This document shows, one piece after another, positions 29,343-38,827 of a stretch of 64,000 nucleotides of DNA. The translations under genes and the position numbers were made by a program. Location of the stretch: positions 51,423 through 115,422 of the forward strand of contig CAZKLT010000001.1 in assembly GCA_964553825.1 (NCBI GenBank), written 5' to 3'. How positions within the stretch are numbered: position 1 is the stretch's first letter; every line of letters begins with the position of its first letter. This stretch comes from an uncultured Gammaproteobacteria bacterium (lineage in GTDB: Bacteria > Patescibacteriota > Microgenomatia > UBA10105 > UBA927). The notes beneath the pieces were generated by a model. That model was not told the DNA's origin. It searched no databases and worked only from the letters and a program-made list of their open reading frames with translations.

Positions 29343-30212
29343 ATGATGAACGTGAAGAGAATTGTGCAAAGCTGCATGGTGGTTCTAGTTGCCCTGATGG
29401 CGTCCCGGCTTATTGCCGGGACGCCCGTTCGGGCACACGGTTCTGGTCCGCCGTATGTGAAAATAAACGGAGATTATGCGCTTTCAAACCCCATCCTGAA
29501 TATAGCGCAGCCTACGAAGTTTACGGTGGGTGCTGACGTTGCTTCAGCGAGTGGATACCTTATTGGAAAACCTATAGCATTCTCGATAGATGAACAATTT
29601 TTTCCGAATCCCTATTTGCAGGCACAAAACCCATTTGGTTTACCCGTGACTAATGCCCCGGATGTTCCCAAGGCCTTGTTCCGTTGGGACTTTAAGGACG
29701 GATCTGCGCTCACGGAGGGAACAAGCGTTACTCATATTTTTACAAAACCGGGTACCTATGTTGTCGATTTGCAGGTGAAATTTGCAGGAAAAACTGAAGA
29801 ATACAGCACGGTAAACACTATCCAGATGGATGTGCTGCCGACACAATCATATACACGTCCTCAAGCGCGTATTCGGGTAAATGATACGACGATTGAAAAT
29901 CAGGAACGTGACACTGCTGACATTAAGCCTGCCGTTCCGGTTTCTTTCGATGCGTCAAATTCCGTGGGCTCGGTCGTGAAGTATGAATGGGATTTCGGGG
30001 ACGGGAAAGGATCACAAGAAAAAGTGACGACACATAGGTATTCCCGAGATGAGTATTTCCCGGTGGCCGTTCTGCGGGTCACGGATGAAAATAATATTGC
30101 TGCTGATACGTATGCGCTGCTCAATATGCCCTTTGAGAGGCCGAATATAATCTTGAAAATTTGGTATGCCATTTCGGATTTTGTGACCGGCATCTTTACT
30201 AAGAGTCAATAA
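29343..30212 (+). CDS. Exported protein with two PKD domains and predicted N-terminal His
   Basis: VRA|HGSG; FRWDFKDG..HIF..PGTY; YEWDFGDG..H.Y. Confidence 0.8.
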   Translation: MMNVKRIVQSCMVVLVALMASRLIAGTPVRAHGSGPPYVKINGDYALSNPILNIAQPTKFTVGADVASASGYLIGKPIAFSIDEQFFPNPYLQAQNPFGLPVTNAPDVPKALFRWDFKDGSALTEGTSVTHIFTKPGTYVVDLQVKFAGKTEEYSTVNTIQMDVLPTQSYTRPQARIRVNDTTIENQERDTADIKPAVPVSFDASNSVGSVVKYEWDFGDGKGSQEKVTTHRYSRDEYFPVAVLRVTDENNIAADTYALLNMPFERPNIILKIWYAISDFVTGIFTKSQ

Positions 30213-30216
30213 ACAT

Positions 30217-31683
30217 ATGATTTTTTTCTTCAAGTACGGGAGGCGTTTCGTCTATGGCTTGGCGCTCATTTGGGCTTTTGTACTTTATTACAAAGCAGCG
30301 GTAAGTTTTCCGACGACCGGATCCGCACTTTCTGCACTCATGCGAAATTACGCATTGACGTCCCTGTTTCTCTTGTATGGCGTGTTGGTGCCGGGTTTGT
30401 TGGGAAGTTTTTTTCCGAAATTTTATTTGAATGGTATTTTGGTGCATATACGACGGGCTCTCGGTGTGAGCGTCTTCTTCTTTGCTTTTCTCCACGCCCT
30501 CATTGCCTATTTTCATTCCTTGTCGGGCACGCTGGCCTCTGTTTTGTTTTTGTCGGCTCGTAATCAATGGGCCCTCGTTTTTAGCGCTACTGCCTTCATT
30601 ATTTTTTCTGCGCTCGCCGTTACATCATTTGATTTTATGGTCCGAAAATTGGGGAAAAAGTGGAAGCAGCTGCATAAACTCGTATATATCGCGGGCATTC
30701 TCGTAGTGTTTCATGCTTTTTTTATCGGCTCTCACTTTACGGTTCCTACGAATCCGATCCCTGTTATCGTCAATGTGCTTTCGTTAGTTTTTATTTTTCT
30801 TGAAGTTACGGCAACGGTGAAACGCCGTTGGCAACTATCACCCGGATTCACGAAGAAGAATGCCGGATTATTTTTTTTCCTTACATTGGTGATGGTGTTT
30901 GCAGTCGGCGCAAGTTATCGTGGCTTTACGAGCAGATATGACCCTCATGCCGCGCATAGAAAGGGGTATAGTCCGCACTACACACTTACGGTGACTCCCG
31001 AAACGAAAGACGTTCAGGCGGGGAAACCGACGAAACTTATCCTGCAGGTAATCGATAAACGAACGGGACGGCCGCTGACTCGGTATCAGGTGTTGCAGGA
31101 GAAATTAATGCATGTGGTTATATTACGGAAAGATCTTCGTGTGTACGCGCACATTCATCCTGAGTATGACGGGAAGGATGCTTTTTCCGTTACGCATACG
31201 TTTCCGACGGACGGGACATACAATCTGTATGTTGAATATTCACCACCTGATTTTTATGAGAATCTTTCAGTCGCGCAAATGGTGGTTGGGTCCGCGGGAG
31301 ACGCAAGCGCGTCTTTGTCCGTCGATGAGCGGACGAAAATTTTTGAAGATGCCTATAAAGTCACCCTGACGGCGCCGGCCGAAATTAAGGTAAACGATAC
31401 AGTAGATTTTGCGCTCACTCTAGAAGATGCAAAAACGGGGAGCCCTATCGTAAACCTGGAACCGTATCTTGGAGCATTTGGGCATATGTCCGCCGCAAGC
31501 GAAAATATGCAGACGTATACGCATGTGCACCCCCTTACCGTTCCTCTTGGCCCAAACGACTCTGGCGGTCCGACGGTTCAGTTCAGCACCTTCTTTCCAA
31601 AGACCGGGAAGTATAAATTATTTACGCAATTTAAACATAACGGTGAAGTATTTGTGACGGACTTTGTGGTGGAGGTGCGATGA
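30217..31683 (+). CDS. Ferric-reductase/MsrQ-like heme membrane domain fused to a His-rich extracytoplasmic metal-binding domain
   Basis: RRALG, FLHA, LAVTS, WKQLHKLVY, VFHAF; then PHAAH, EKLMH, AHIHP, PYLGAFGH, THVHP, GKYKLFTQF. Confidence 0.75.
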   Translation: MIFFFKYGRRFVYGLALIWAFVLYYKAAVSFPTTGSALSALMRNYALTSLFLLYGVLVPGLLGSFFPKFYLNGILVHIRRALGVSVFFFAFLHALIAYFHSLSGTLASVLFLSARNQWALVFSATAFIIFSALAVTSFDFMVRKLGKKWKQLHKLVYIAGILVVFHAFFIGSHFTVPTNPIPVIVNVLSLVFIFLEVTATVKRRWQLSPGFTKKNAGLFFFLTLVMVFAVGASYRGFTSRYDPHAAHRKGYSPHYTLTVTPETKDVQAGKPTKLILQVIDKRTGRPLTRYQVLQEKLMHVVILRKDLRVYAHIHPEYDGKDAFSVTHTFPTDGTYNLYVEYSPPDFYENLSVAQMVVGSAGDASASLSVDERTKIFEDAYKVTLTAPAEIKVNDTVDFALTLEDAKTGSPIVNLEPYLGAFGHMSAASENMQTYTHVHPLTVPLGPNDSGGPTVQFSTFFPKTGKYKLFTQFKHNGEVFVTDFVVEVR

Positions 31684-32198
31684 ACAGACGATTGCATACA
31701 ATCATCCTTATTATCGTTTTCTTCAGTTGGGTGCCCTCCGTGTCGGCACACACGCTAAAAATAGATGGGGCAATCGGCGTGAATCTTCATGTGGATCCTG
31801 ATGATGCGCCCGTTGGTGGCGTGGAATCCAAATTTCTTCTGGATATTACTGACAAAAACGGACGGTTTAATCCGAATAATCCGGCTAATTGTGAATGTAC
31901 CCTCACGATTTTGAAAGACGGGACAGTGATCAAGACGTTGCCTGTCGTTGCAGGGGGATCCTATGCACAGCTTCGATATACGTTTCCACAATCTGGCATA
32001 TATACCGTCGTGGTTGAAGGAAAACCAAAAGGGGAAGGCGTGCCGTTTCAATCGTTTCGTACAGAGTTTGAGTATTTTGTGAAAAGCGGATTAGGAGAAG
32101 ACATTTCCATACCCCCAAATAATAACGCTTTGGCACAGTGGCTTCCGTATGTCGTATTAGTCATGGGGATCTTCCTCATCGCATTGTTTGTCCTCTGA
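31680..32198 (+). CDS. Exported protein with predicted N-terminal His and C-terminal TM
   Basis: VSA|HTLK....LHVDPDDAP, CxC, FPQSGIY; 4-nt overlap with the upstream gene. Confidence 0.75.
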   Translation: MNRRLHTIILIIVFFSWVPSVSAHTLKIDGAIGVNLHVDPDDAPVGGVESKFLLDITDKNGRFNPNNPANCECTLTILKDGTVIKTLPVVAGGSYAQLRYTFPQSGIYTVVVEGKPKGEGVPFQSFRTEFEYFVKSGLGEDISIPPNNNALAQWLPYVVLVMGIFLIALFVL

Positions 32199-32223
32199 AT
32201 GAAGCTGTGATATCGTGTGATGG

Positions 32224-33249
32224 ATGCAAATGGACCTTGTTATTGTCGTGAGTGTTATCGTGGGCGGATTCTTATTGCTGGCACTGCTTCTGAAGCGTGA
32301 ATTGGGTCGGATGAATCAAGGCGCGGACACAACGACGCTCATTGAGTGGCTTAAGGCAATGCAATCAACGATTGAGCACACCAATACGACGCTCAATGAG
32401 GCAATGCGCGGGACATCAACGGAAATGACTCGAACGCTTCAGTCGAACACCAGGCAGCTGAATGATCGGTTGGATGAAGCCGCACGGGTTATTGGCACCC
32501 TTAACAAGCATGTAGGAGAAATGTCTGAAGTGGGGCGTGGCATCAAGAGTCTTCAGGAGTTTCTCCAGTCTCCCAAGCTTCGTGGCAATATCGGCGAGCA
32601 GGTGTTGCGGGACATGATCGGACAGACGTTTCCCAAGAATTCCTTTCACCTGCAATATGGGTTCAAGTCAGGGGTTAAGGTTGACGCCGTTTTGAAAACT
32701 GACGCTGGGCTTCTGTGTATAGATTCCAAATTTCCGATGGAAAATTTTACGCTTATGCATAAAGGCGATACCGAAGCGGTACGCTCACAGGCAAAACGCG
32801 AATTTGTATCCGATGTAAAAAAACATGTGTCTGATATAAGCAAAAAATATATCCTTCCTGAGGAAGATACCTTGGATTTCGCCCTTATGTATATTCCGTC
32901 TGAGTCGGTGTATTACGAAATTGCCAATATGAATGAGCTTATGGAATATGCGCGTACGTTGCGCGTTTACCCCGTTTCACCGAACACGCTGTATGCGCAT
33001 CTCCAGGTGCTATTGTTGAGCTTCCAGGGAAAGGAGCTCGAGCAGAAGTCCCGAGAAATTTTTCGGCTCCTTCGGGCAATTCAAAAGGATTACGGCAAAG
33101 TAGAAGAGGGCCTTGGCGTCTTAGGGAAACACGTCGGGAACGCGTATAATTCCATGAGCACGGTTACTGGAGCGTTCACAGTGCTCGGGCAAAAGTTGTC
33201 CAAAACAAGATCATTTGACGGGGTAAGTGAAGAAAAGTTGCTAGACTAA
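32224..33249 (+). CDS. rmuC: DNA recombination protein RmuC
   Basis: PKLRGNIGE, IDSKFPMENF, DISKKYI, DFALMYIPSE, SPNTL. Confidence 0.92.
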   Translation: MQMDLVIVVSVIVGGFLLLALLLKRELGRMNQGADTTTLIEWLKAMQSTIEHTNTTLNEAMRGTSTEMTRTLQSNTRQLNDRLDEAARVIGTLNKHVGEMSEVGRGIKSLQEFLQSPKLRGNIGEQVLRDMIGQTFPKNSFHLQYGFKSGVKVDAVLKTDAGLLCIDSKFPMENFTLMHKGDTEAVRSQAKREFVSDVKKHVSDISKKYILPEEDTLDFALMYIPSESVYYEIANMNELMEYARTLRVYPVSPNTLYAHLQVLLLSFQGKELEQKSREIFRLLRAIQKDYGKVEEGLGVLGKHVGNAYNSMSTVTGAFTVLGQKLSKTRSFDGVSEEKLLD

Positions 33250-33256
33250 CGTGTAT

Positions 33257-33811
33257 ATGAAAAACGCGCTTATTCTTCACGGTACAGCAAACAATTCCAA
33301 AGGAAATTGGTTTCCATGGCTTGCCGGTGAACTCACAAGGAGTGGATACGATGTATGGTTGCCGGATCTTCCTGTTGCCACGAATCCTGATAGTCGACGG
33401 TACAATTCATTTCTTTTTTCAAACAATGCATGGAAGTTTACCCATGAATCCCTTTTGGTAGGTCATTCATCGGGTGGAGTTGCTGCTCTGAAGGTGCTCC
33501 AGGAGTTGCCGCAGGATAGCATTGTCGATACATGTGTTACGGTCGGAGCTTTCGTAAACACGCACGGTTGGGATGATATTAAAGGGTTGTTTACGGAGCC
33601 GTTTGATTTTGAGGTGATCAGATCACATGCGAAAAAATTTATCATCTATCATTCTGATGATGATCCATATGTGCCGCTTGACGATGCTTATGTTTTGCAA
33701 GAAAAACTGAAAGGCGAATTAATCATTATGAAAGGACAAGGTCATTTTAATCTAGAAAAAGGCCCGCAATACAGGCAGTTTCCCGAGCTCCTCGAAAAGA
33801 TCTTGGAGTGA
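33257..33811 (+). CDS. RBBP9/YdeN family alpha/beta hydrolase
   Basis: ILHG, NWFPWL, VGHSSG, SDDDPYV, GHF. Confidence 0.88.
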   Translation: MKNALILHGTANNSKGNWFPWLAGELTRSGYDVWLPDLPVATNPDSRRYNSFLFSNNAWKFTHESLLVGHSSGGVAALKVLQELPQDSIVDTCVTVGAFVNTHGWDDIKGLFTEPFDFEVIRSHAKKFIIYHSDDDPYVPLDDAYVLQEKLKGELIIMKGQGHFNLEKGPQYRQFPELLEKILE

Positions 33812-33828
33812 GCTATAATACCGTCACG

Positions 33829-36747
33829 ATGGCAACGGTTCCCGAAGAAGAGAGAATTCTTAATAAAGAACAAAAAATAGCCGTAGAATTTGGCGATGGG
33901 CCGCTTATGATTATCGCCGGTGCCGGGACCGGAAAAACAACAGTCGTTACGGAGCGTATAAAGTATCTCATAACCCAGGAAAAGGCTAAACCGCAGGAAA
34001 TTCTTGCCCTTACATTTACCGAGAAAGCCAGCAGAGAGATGGAAGAGCGGATTGACCGTGCACTTCCGTATGGAGTGACGAACATGTGGATCTCTACGTT
34101 CCATTCTTTCTGTGACCGTATCTTGAAAAATGAAGCGATCAGTATTGGCCTGGATCCCGCATACAAACTAATGACGGAAGCCGAAACTATTCTCTTTTTC
34201 CGAAAAAATATTTTTTCGTTTGAGCTCGCGTACTTTCGTCCGCTTGGAAATCCGTCCAAGTTTATCGGCGGTATGATTCAGCATTTTAGCCGTCTCAAAG
34301 ACGAAGATGTGACCCCGGAAGCATATGTGAAGTGGTCGCAGTCACGGAAGAAAATGGGAAAAACGAAAGAAGAGAAAGAGGAGTGGGAAAAACACGCAGA
34401 GTTGGCGCATGCGTTCCGAACGTATGAAGAGTTAAAAGTGAAAAACGGGGTTGTCGATTACGCCGATCTTATAGCCAATACATTAAAACTTTTTCGTGCG
34501 CGCCCAAGCATACTTGCGCGGTATCAGGAGCAGTTTAAATATATCCTTATCGATGAGTTCCAGGATACGAATTTTGCTCAAAATGAACTTGCGGTATTGA
34601 TTGCAGGAAAAAGAAAAAATATTACGGTGGTGGGAGATGATGACCAGGCCATTTACCGATGGCGGGGAGCAGCTGTTTCCAACATGCTTCAATTTCGAAA
34701 AACATATCCCAAAGCAACGATTGTCGTTCTGACGAAAAACTATCGTTCGACGAAAGAAATTTTGGATCGGTCCTACGATCTTATTCAGTACAACAATCCT
34801 GACCGACTGGAAAAAGTGGCAAACTTTGACAAGAAATTGGAAAGCATGCGTCGGATAGAAGGCGCTCCTGTAGAGATACTGTATGCCCAACGAGTTGAAC
34901 ATGAGGCCGACGCAACAGTAAAAGCAATCGTGCAGCGTCTCGCGCAAAATAAAACATATACCTATTCCGATGTGGCCATTCTGGTGCGGGCGAATAATCA
35001 TGCAGAGCCGTTTGTTCGGGCGCTTGCCAGGGAGGGGATTCCCTATCAATTTTTGGGGCCAGGACATTTATTTCGGCAACCTGAAATCAAAGATCTTATT
35101 GCGTATCTGAAAGTTCTGTACAACTTTGAAGACAACGTGGCAATGTACCGGGTTTTGGTTATGGACTGGTTGGCCCTACCCGCGCGAGATGTCGCGGTGC
35201 TGTCCAACTATGCCAGAAAATACGGCGTGTCGATATTTGAAGCCTGTGAGAAAGCGATAACTGATGTTGTTTCACGTCCCTCAGTTTCTGAACAATCAGT
35301 GCAAAAAGTAGGCGCACTGGTTGCAATGCTTCATAAGCATTTGGATCTCATAAAAAAGGAGACAGCGGGACAAATACTGTATTACTTTTTGGAAACATCG
35401 GGTCTCTTAAAGCGTTTGGCGGAATTCAAGACTGCAAAAGAAGAGAAAATCGCGGGCAACATTTCGAAGTTTTTTAATAAATTGAAAACATACGAAGCGG
35501 AGCATGATGATGCCAGTGTGTTTACGGTTGTTGACTGGATCGATCTTTCTATGAACCTTGGGGAGTCGCCTTTGGCGACGGATACAGACTGGAATCAAAA
35601 TAACGCTGTCAATATTATGACTGTGCATTCGGCGAAAGGCTTGGAATTCCCCATCGTCTTTCTCGTGAATCTCGTTGCGCAACGGTTTCCTACGATGGAA
35701 CGCAGAGAGCAGATACCGGTTCCGGATGCCCTTATTAATGAAATTCTCCCGGAAGGAGACTTTCATATTCAGGAAGAGCGAAGGTTGTTTTATGTCGCCA
35801 TGACGAGGGCCCGTGATTATCTTTATTTCACCGCAGCGAAATATTACGGGGAAGGCAAGCGCGAAAAGAAACTTACTCCATTTATCGGAGAGGCACTTGG
35901 GACTGGTGATACGCCAGAATTAACGTACCAACCATTTGAAGAGAGTGCCAAACAGCTTTCGTTTCTGGATTGGAAAAAGAATGAGGACCCGCCAGAAAAA
36001 ACGGTAAAGCAAGCGGTGCGTTATCTTTCGCATTCGCAATTAGCAACGTTTGAAACGTGCCCGCTTCAGTATAAATATCGGTACATTCTGAAAATTCCCG
36101 TGCCTCCATCGGCCGCTTTGACATTCGGTGACACGATCCATCGAACGGTTCGGGCATTTTATGAACTCGTAAAAGCAGGAGAACACCCAACGGTTGAAAC
36201 ACTGCTCGGTCTGTATAAGAGCCATTGGGTGTCAGTCGGATTCGGCGGGAAGGCATATGAGGAAAAAATGAAACAGCATGGATTCGACCTTCTCAGGGAG
36301 TTTTATAAAAAGGGATACACACCGGACCGGATTCCTACAAGCCTTGAGGAGCCGTTTCGGATTAAAATAACGCCGGATCTTACCCTGGGCGGGAAAATAG
36401 ACAGAATTGATACGCTTCCGGACGGGACGATAGAAATAATTGATTACAAAACGGGGCAGGCACCAAAAACAAAAGATGTTTCTTCGGATTCGCAGCTCAC
36501 TGTCTATGCGCTTTCGGCTGCAGGAGAGGGAATATATAAAAAGGCGCCGGAGAAAGTCGTCGTATCGTTTTATTTTTTTGAAGATCAATCAAAGGTTTCC
36601 GCTGTCCGAACGAAAGATGAACTTGAAGCCGCAAGAAAAGACATCGCTGCCCGCGCCGACGAGATAGCCAAGAGCGATTTTGCTCCGACCCCCGGGAAGC
36701 ACTGCGATTTCTGCGAATTTCGTCTTATCTGTGAGGCATGGAACTGA
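33829..36747 (+). CDS. UvrD/PcrA-like SF1 helicase fused to a PD-(D/E)xK nuclease with a four-Cys cluster (AdnAB/AddAB-like)
   Basis: AGAGTGKT, DEFQDTN, GDDDQAIY, TVHSAKGLEF, EERRLFYVAMTRA; then CPLQY, GKIDRID, IIDYKTG, QL..Y, CDFCEFRLIC. Confidence 0.9.
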   Translation: MATVPEEERILNKEQKIAVEFGDGPLMIIAGAGTGKTTVVTERIKYLITQEKAKPQEILALTFTEKASREMEERIDRALPYGVTNMWISTFHSFCDRILKNEAISIGLDPAYKLMTEAETILFFRKNIFSFELAYFRPLGNPSKFIGGMIQHFSRLKDEDVTPEAYVKWSQSRKKMGKTKEEKEEWEKHAELAHAFRTYEELKVKNGVVDYADLIANTLKLFRARPSILARYQEQFKYILIDEFQDTNFAQNELAVLIAGKRKNITVVGDDDQAIYRWRGAAVSNMLQFRKTYPKATIVVLTKNYRSTKEILDRSYDLIQYNNPDRLEKVANFDKKLESMRRIEGAPVEILYAQRVEHEADATVKAIVQRLAQNKTYTYSDVAILVRANNHAEPFVRALAREGIPYQFLGPGHLFRQPEIKDLIAYLKVLYNFEDNVAMYRVLVMDWLALPARDVAVLSNYARKYGVSIFEACEKAITDVVSRPSVSEQSVQKVGALVAMLHKHLDLIKKETAGQILYYFLETSGLLKRLAEFKTAKEEKIAGNISKFFNKLKTYEAEHDDASVFTVVDWIDLSMNLGESPLATDTDWNQNNAVNIMTVHSAKGLEFPIVFLVNLVAQRFPTMERREQIPVPDALINEILPEGDFHIQEERRLFYVAMTRARDYLYFTAAKYYGEGKREKKLTPFIGEALGTGDTPELTYQPFEESAKQLSFLDWKKNEDPPEKTVKQAVRYLSHSQLATFETCPLQYKYRYILKIPVPPSAALTFGDTIHRTVRAFYELVKAGEHPTVETLLGLYKSHWVSVGFGGKAYEEKMKQHGFDLLREFYKKGYTPDRIPTSLEEPFRIKITPDLTLGGKIDRIDTLPDGTIEIIDYKTGQAPKTKDVSSDSQLTVYALSAAGEGIYKKAPEKVVVSFYFFEDQSKVSAVRTKDELEAARKDIAARADEIAKSDFAPTPGKHCDFCEFRLICEAWN

Positions 36748-36798
36748 CGCTTGACAGAAGATAAATCAAGTCGCACACTAAAAGAAGGATTTATCCGT

Positions 36799-38007
36799 AT
36801 GGCATCCCGCAAATCACTTGTCCGCTACGATAAGATATTCGCTACACTCCTGTTTGCGTTGTTTGGCATTATTGCCCTCGTGCTTGGGTATAAGGCGGTC
36901 ATGACGAATACAGAGCAGCGGTCCCGCGCAGCAGAAACACAGACAATTTATAAGCAGTGGGAATTTAACGGCAGGGATTCCCAGGGATGGAGTGTCAGTT
37001 CACCAACGACAAGTGTCATGAAAGCAGGTGCCTTGGTCGTGACCGCAGGGAGAAGCGCGCTCCCATCGCTTCGAAATACAACTGTTGACGCTTCCGTTCC
37101 CGCCGGACTAAAAACGGTATCCTTTTCTCTGTCCGTTGGGTCCGTTCAGGTACCTGCGCGAAGAGAAGGTGATGGTTCATGCGGACCTGCTCCGGACTGT
37201 CGGGGACGCTTGATAGAGCTTCCGACGGCATCTCGATGTCCGGTGTACCGATGTCAACAAGAAGAGCATTCCAGTGAGGGGATGCAGGAGTCCGATGACT
37301 CGTATTTTCGCAGATCCATAAGCAATCGATATGCGTGTCCCGAGGATACGCGAACATGCGCAGATGGCACATCGGTCGGACGAATATTGCCGAATTGTGA
37401 TTTCGTTGCGTGTCCGGGTACGAGCGGAACCGTCAATCAGCGCAGGAGGGTGGCACGTAAATTCACAGCACTTTTGTATTATCGTCTCAAATCAAAGGAT
37501 CGATTCGAGAGGCCTATTGAGTTTAAAGGATCGGTGGGTGGCGGGTATCAAACCTACAGCGTGACGCTTCATGATATCGCTGCCATGGATATCAATAGTC
37601 TCCGCATTGTGTTTACCTCAGGAGTAAAGGCAGGCGAAGCCGTTGCTTTTGATTGGATCAGATTACTGGGTCCCGTAAATGCATCAAGCACCCATGCGCC
37701 AACGCCGCATGCAACGCCAACGCTTGTTGCATGTGACGGTCCGGATGGGTCAGCGTGTCAACTAGAAGGATGTCAGCCATGTCCAACAGGGCGGCCCTGT
37801 CCGATGGTTTGCCGGCCGCAATATGGCACGTGTCTTAATCATCGGTGTATTAATGAGACGCCGCAAGCTCCAGAGGGATGCCATTATCAGCAGGTTCGCT
37901 GTGTTCGGGCGCCGTGTAACCCCGTGCTTGTTTGCCCTTCAGGGTCTCCCGCGCGCGGCGGATGGGGCACGTCTGGGGGTGGCGGATCTACGGGATTTTC
38001 CCACTAA
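36799..38007 (+). CDS. Cys-rich exported/surface protein
   Basis: N-terminal TM then EQRSRAA; several Cys modules (ACPEDTRTCADGTSVGRILPNCDFVACP; PEGCHYQQVRCVRAPCNPVLVC). Confidence 0.75.
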   Translation: MASRKSLVRYDKIFATLLFALFGIIALVLGYKAVMTNTEQRSRAAETQTIYKQWEFNGRDSQGWSVSSPTTSVMKAGALVVTAGRSALPSLRNTTVDASVPAGLKTVSFSLSVGSVQVPARREGDGSCGPAPDCRGRLIELPTASRCPVYRCQQEEHSSEGMQESDDSYFRRSISNRYACPEDTRTCADGTSVGRILPNCDFVACPGTSGTVNQRRRVARKFTALLYYRLKSKDRFERPIEFKGSVGGGYQTYSVTLHDIAAMDINSLRIVFTSGVKAGEAVAFDWIRLLGPVNASSTHAPTPHATPTLVACDGPDGSACQLEGCQPCPTGRPCPMVCRPQYGTCLNHRCINETPQAPEGCHYQQVRCVRAPCNPVLVCPSGSPARGGWGTSGGGGSTGFSH

Positions 38008-38827
38008 GCGGATAATAGAGGATTTTGCCTCCAAACCCTTCCTTGAATTTCGTAAATCCTTTCCATGACGTATTCTCCCGGGGAATGCGTTCATCCCAGA
38101 CGCCGACGAGATCGAGTTGTTTGGCACCACGACGTTTGCTCACTTTTGCCGCTTCATAGAGAAGTAATGTGGGGGCAAATTGTTTTTTCCCCGTTCTTGT
38201 TGCTCCTGCAATCCAGTAGTAGGCGATGTTATCCCAAAAGAGGATAAGAACGCCTCCGATCAGTCGGGGAGATGCCCCGGAATAACCGAGCAGAATTGTT
38301 GCGTTTTGGGGTGAAAATGCCTCCCATAACTCTTTTATGCCGGTTGTGGTAATAAATCCAAAGAGTCCGGCGGATGCATTTTTAACCCGAATAAGTGCGT
38401 TGATATCATCGGATTCTTTGACAATAACATTGTGTTTGAGGGCTCTTCTGACCGCGCGCCTTTTGGCTTCGGAAAACGAGGAAAAAATTCGGTCTTCCCG
38501 GGGAGTTAAATCGATTCGAATGGTTTTTGTGGGAAGATAGGGTGATTTGACGACAGATATGTTTGCCGGGAGGGAAGCAATCCATGTATGCAGTGCAGCG
38601 GAATTTTGCGTATGAACGGGTTCAACCACGAGCCGTCGCACGCCGAGGGTCGTCAAAACCGGGGCAAGCTTTTCCATGCTAGGGAGAGCAACTGGTCTGT
38701 GAATTTTGGCGAGCCTTCCCAAAAGCGGGAAGGATTTGTGATAGATGGCGACGCCATCGACACTGGTGACGCCCCACTTCAGGCGTTTCATATATTCAAT
38801 GAACGGCGCCGCCTGTTGAGGTTCCAT
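37988..38827 (-). CDS. FemAB/FemX family peptidoglycan bridge aminoacyltransferase-like protein
   Basis: TIRIDL, RRAVRRA, AYYWIAG, LDLVG, GFTKFKEGFGG. Confidence 0.8.
   Translation of the reverse strand: MEPQQAAPFIEYMKRLKWGVTSVDGVAIYHKSFPLLGRLAKIHRPVALPSMEKLAPVLTTLGVRRLVVEPVHTQNSAALHTWIASLPANISVVKSPYLPTKTIRIDLTPREDRIFSSFSEAKRRAVRRALKHNVIVKESDDINALIRVKNASAGLFGFITTTGIKELWEAFSPQNATILLGYSGASPRLIGGVLILFWDNIAYYWIAGATRTGKKQFAPTLLLYEAAKVSKRRGAKQLDLVGVWDERIPRENTSWKGFTKFKEGFGGKILYYPLSGKIP

Noticed and set aside
36000-36747. Cas4 or a CRISPR system
   Set aside because: The Cys-containing PD-(D/E)xK domain is fused to a UvrD helicase; no cas genes or repeat-spacer array were seen.
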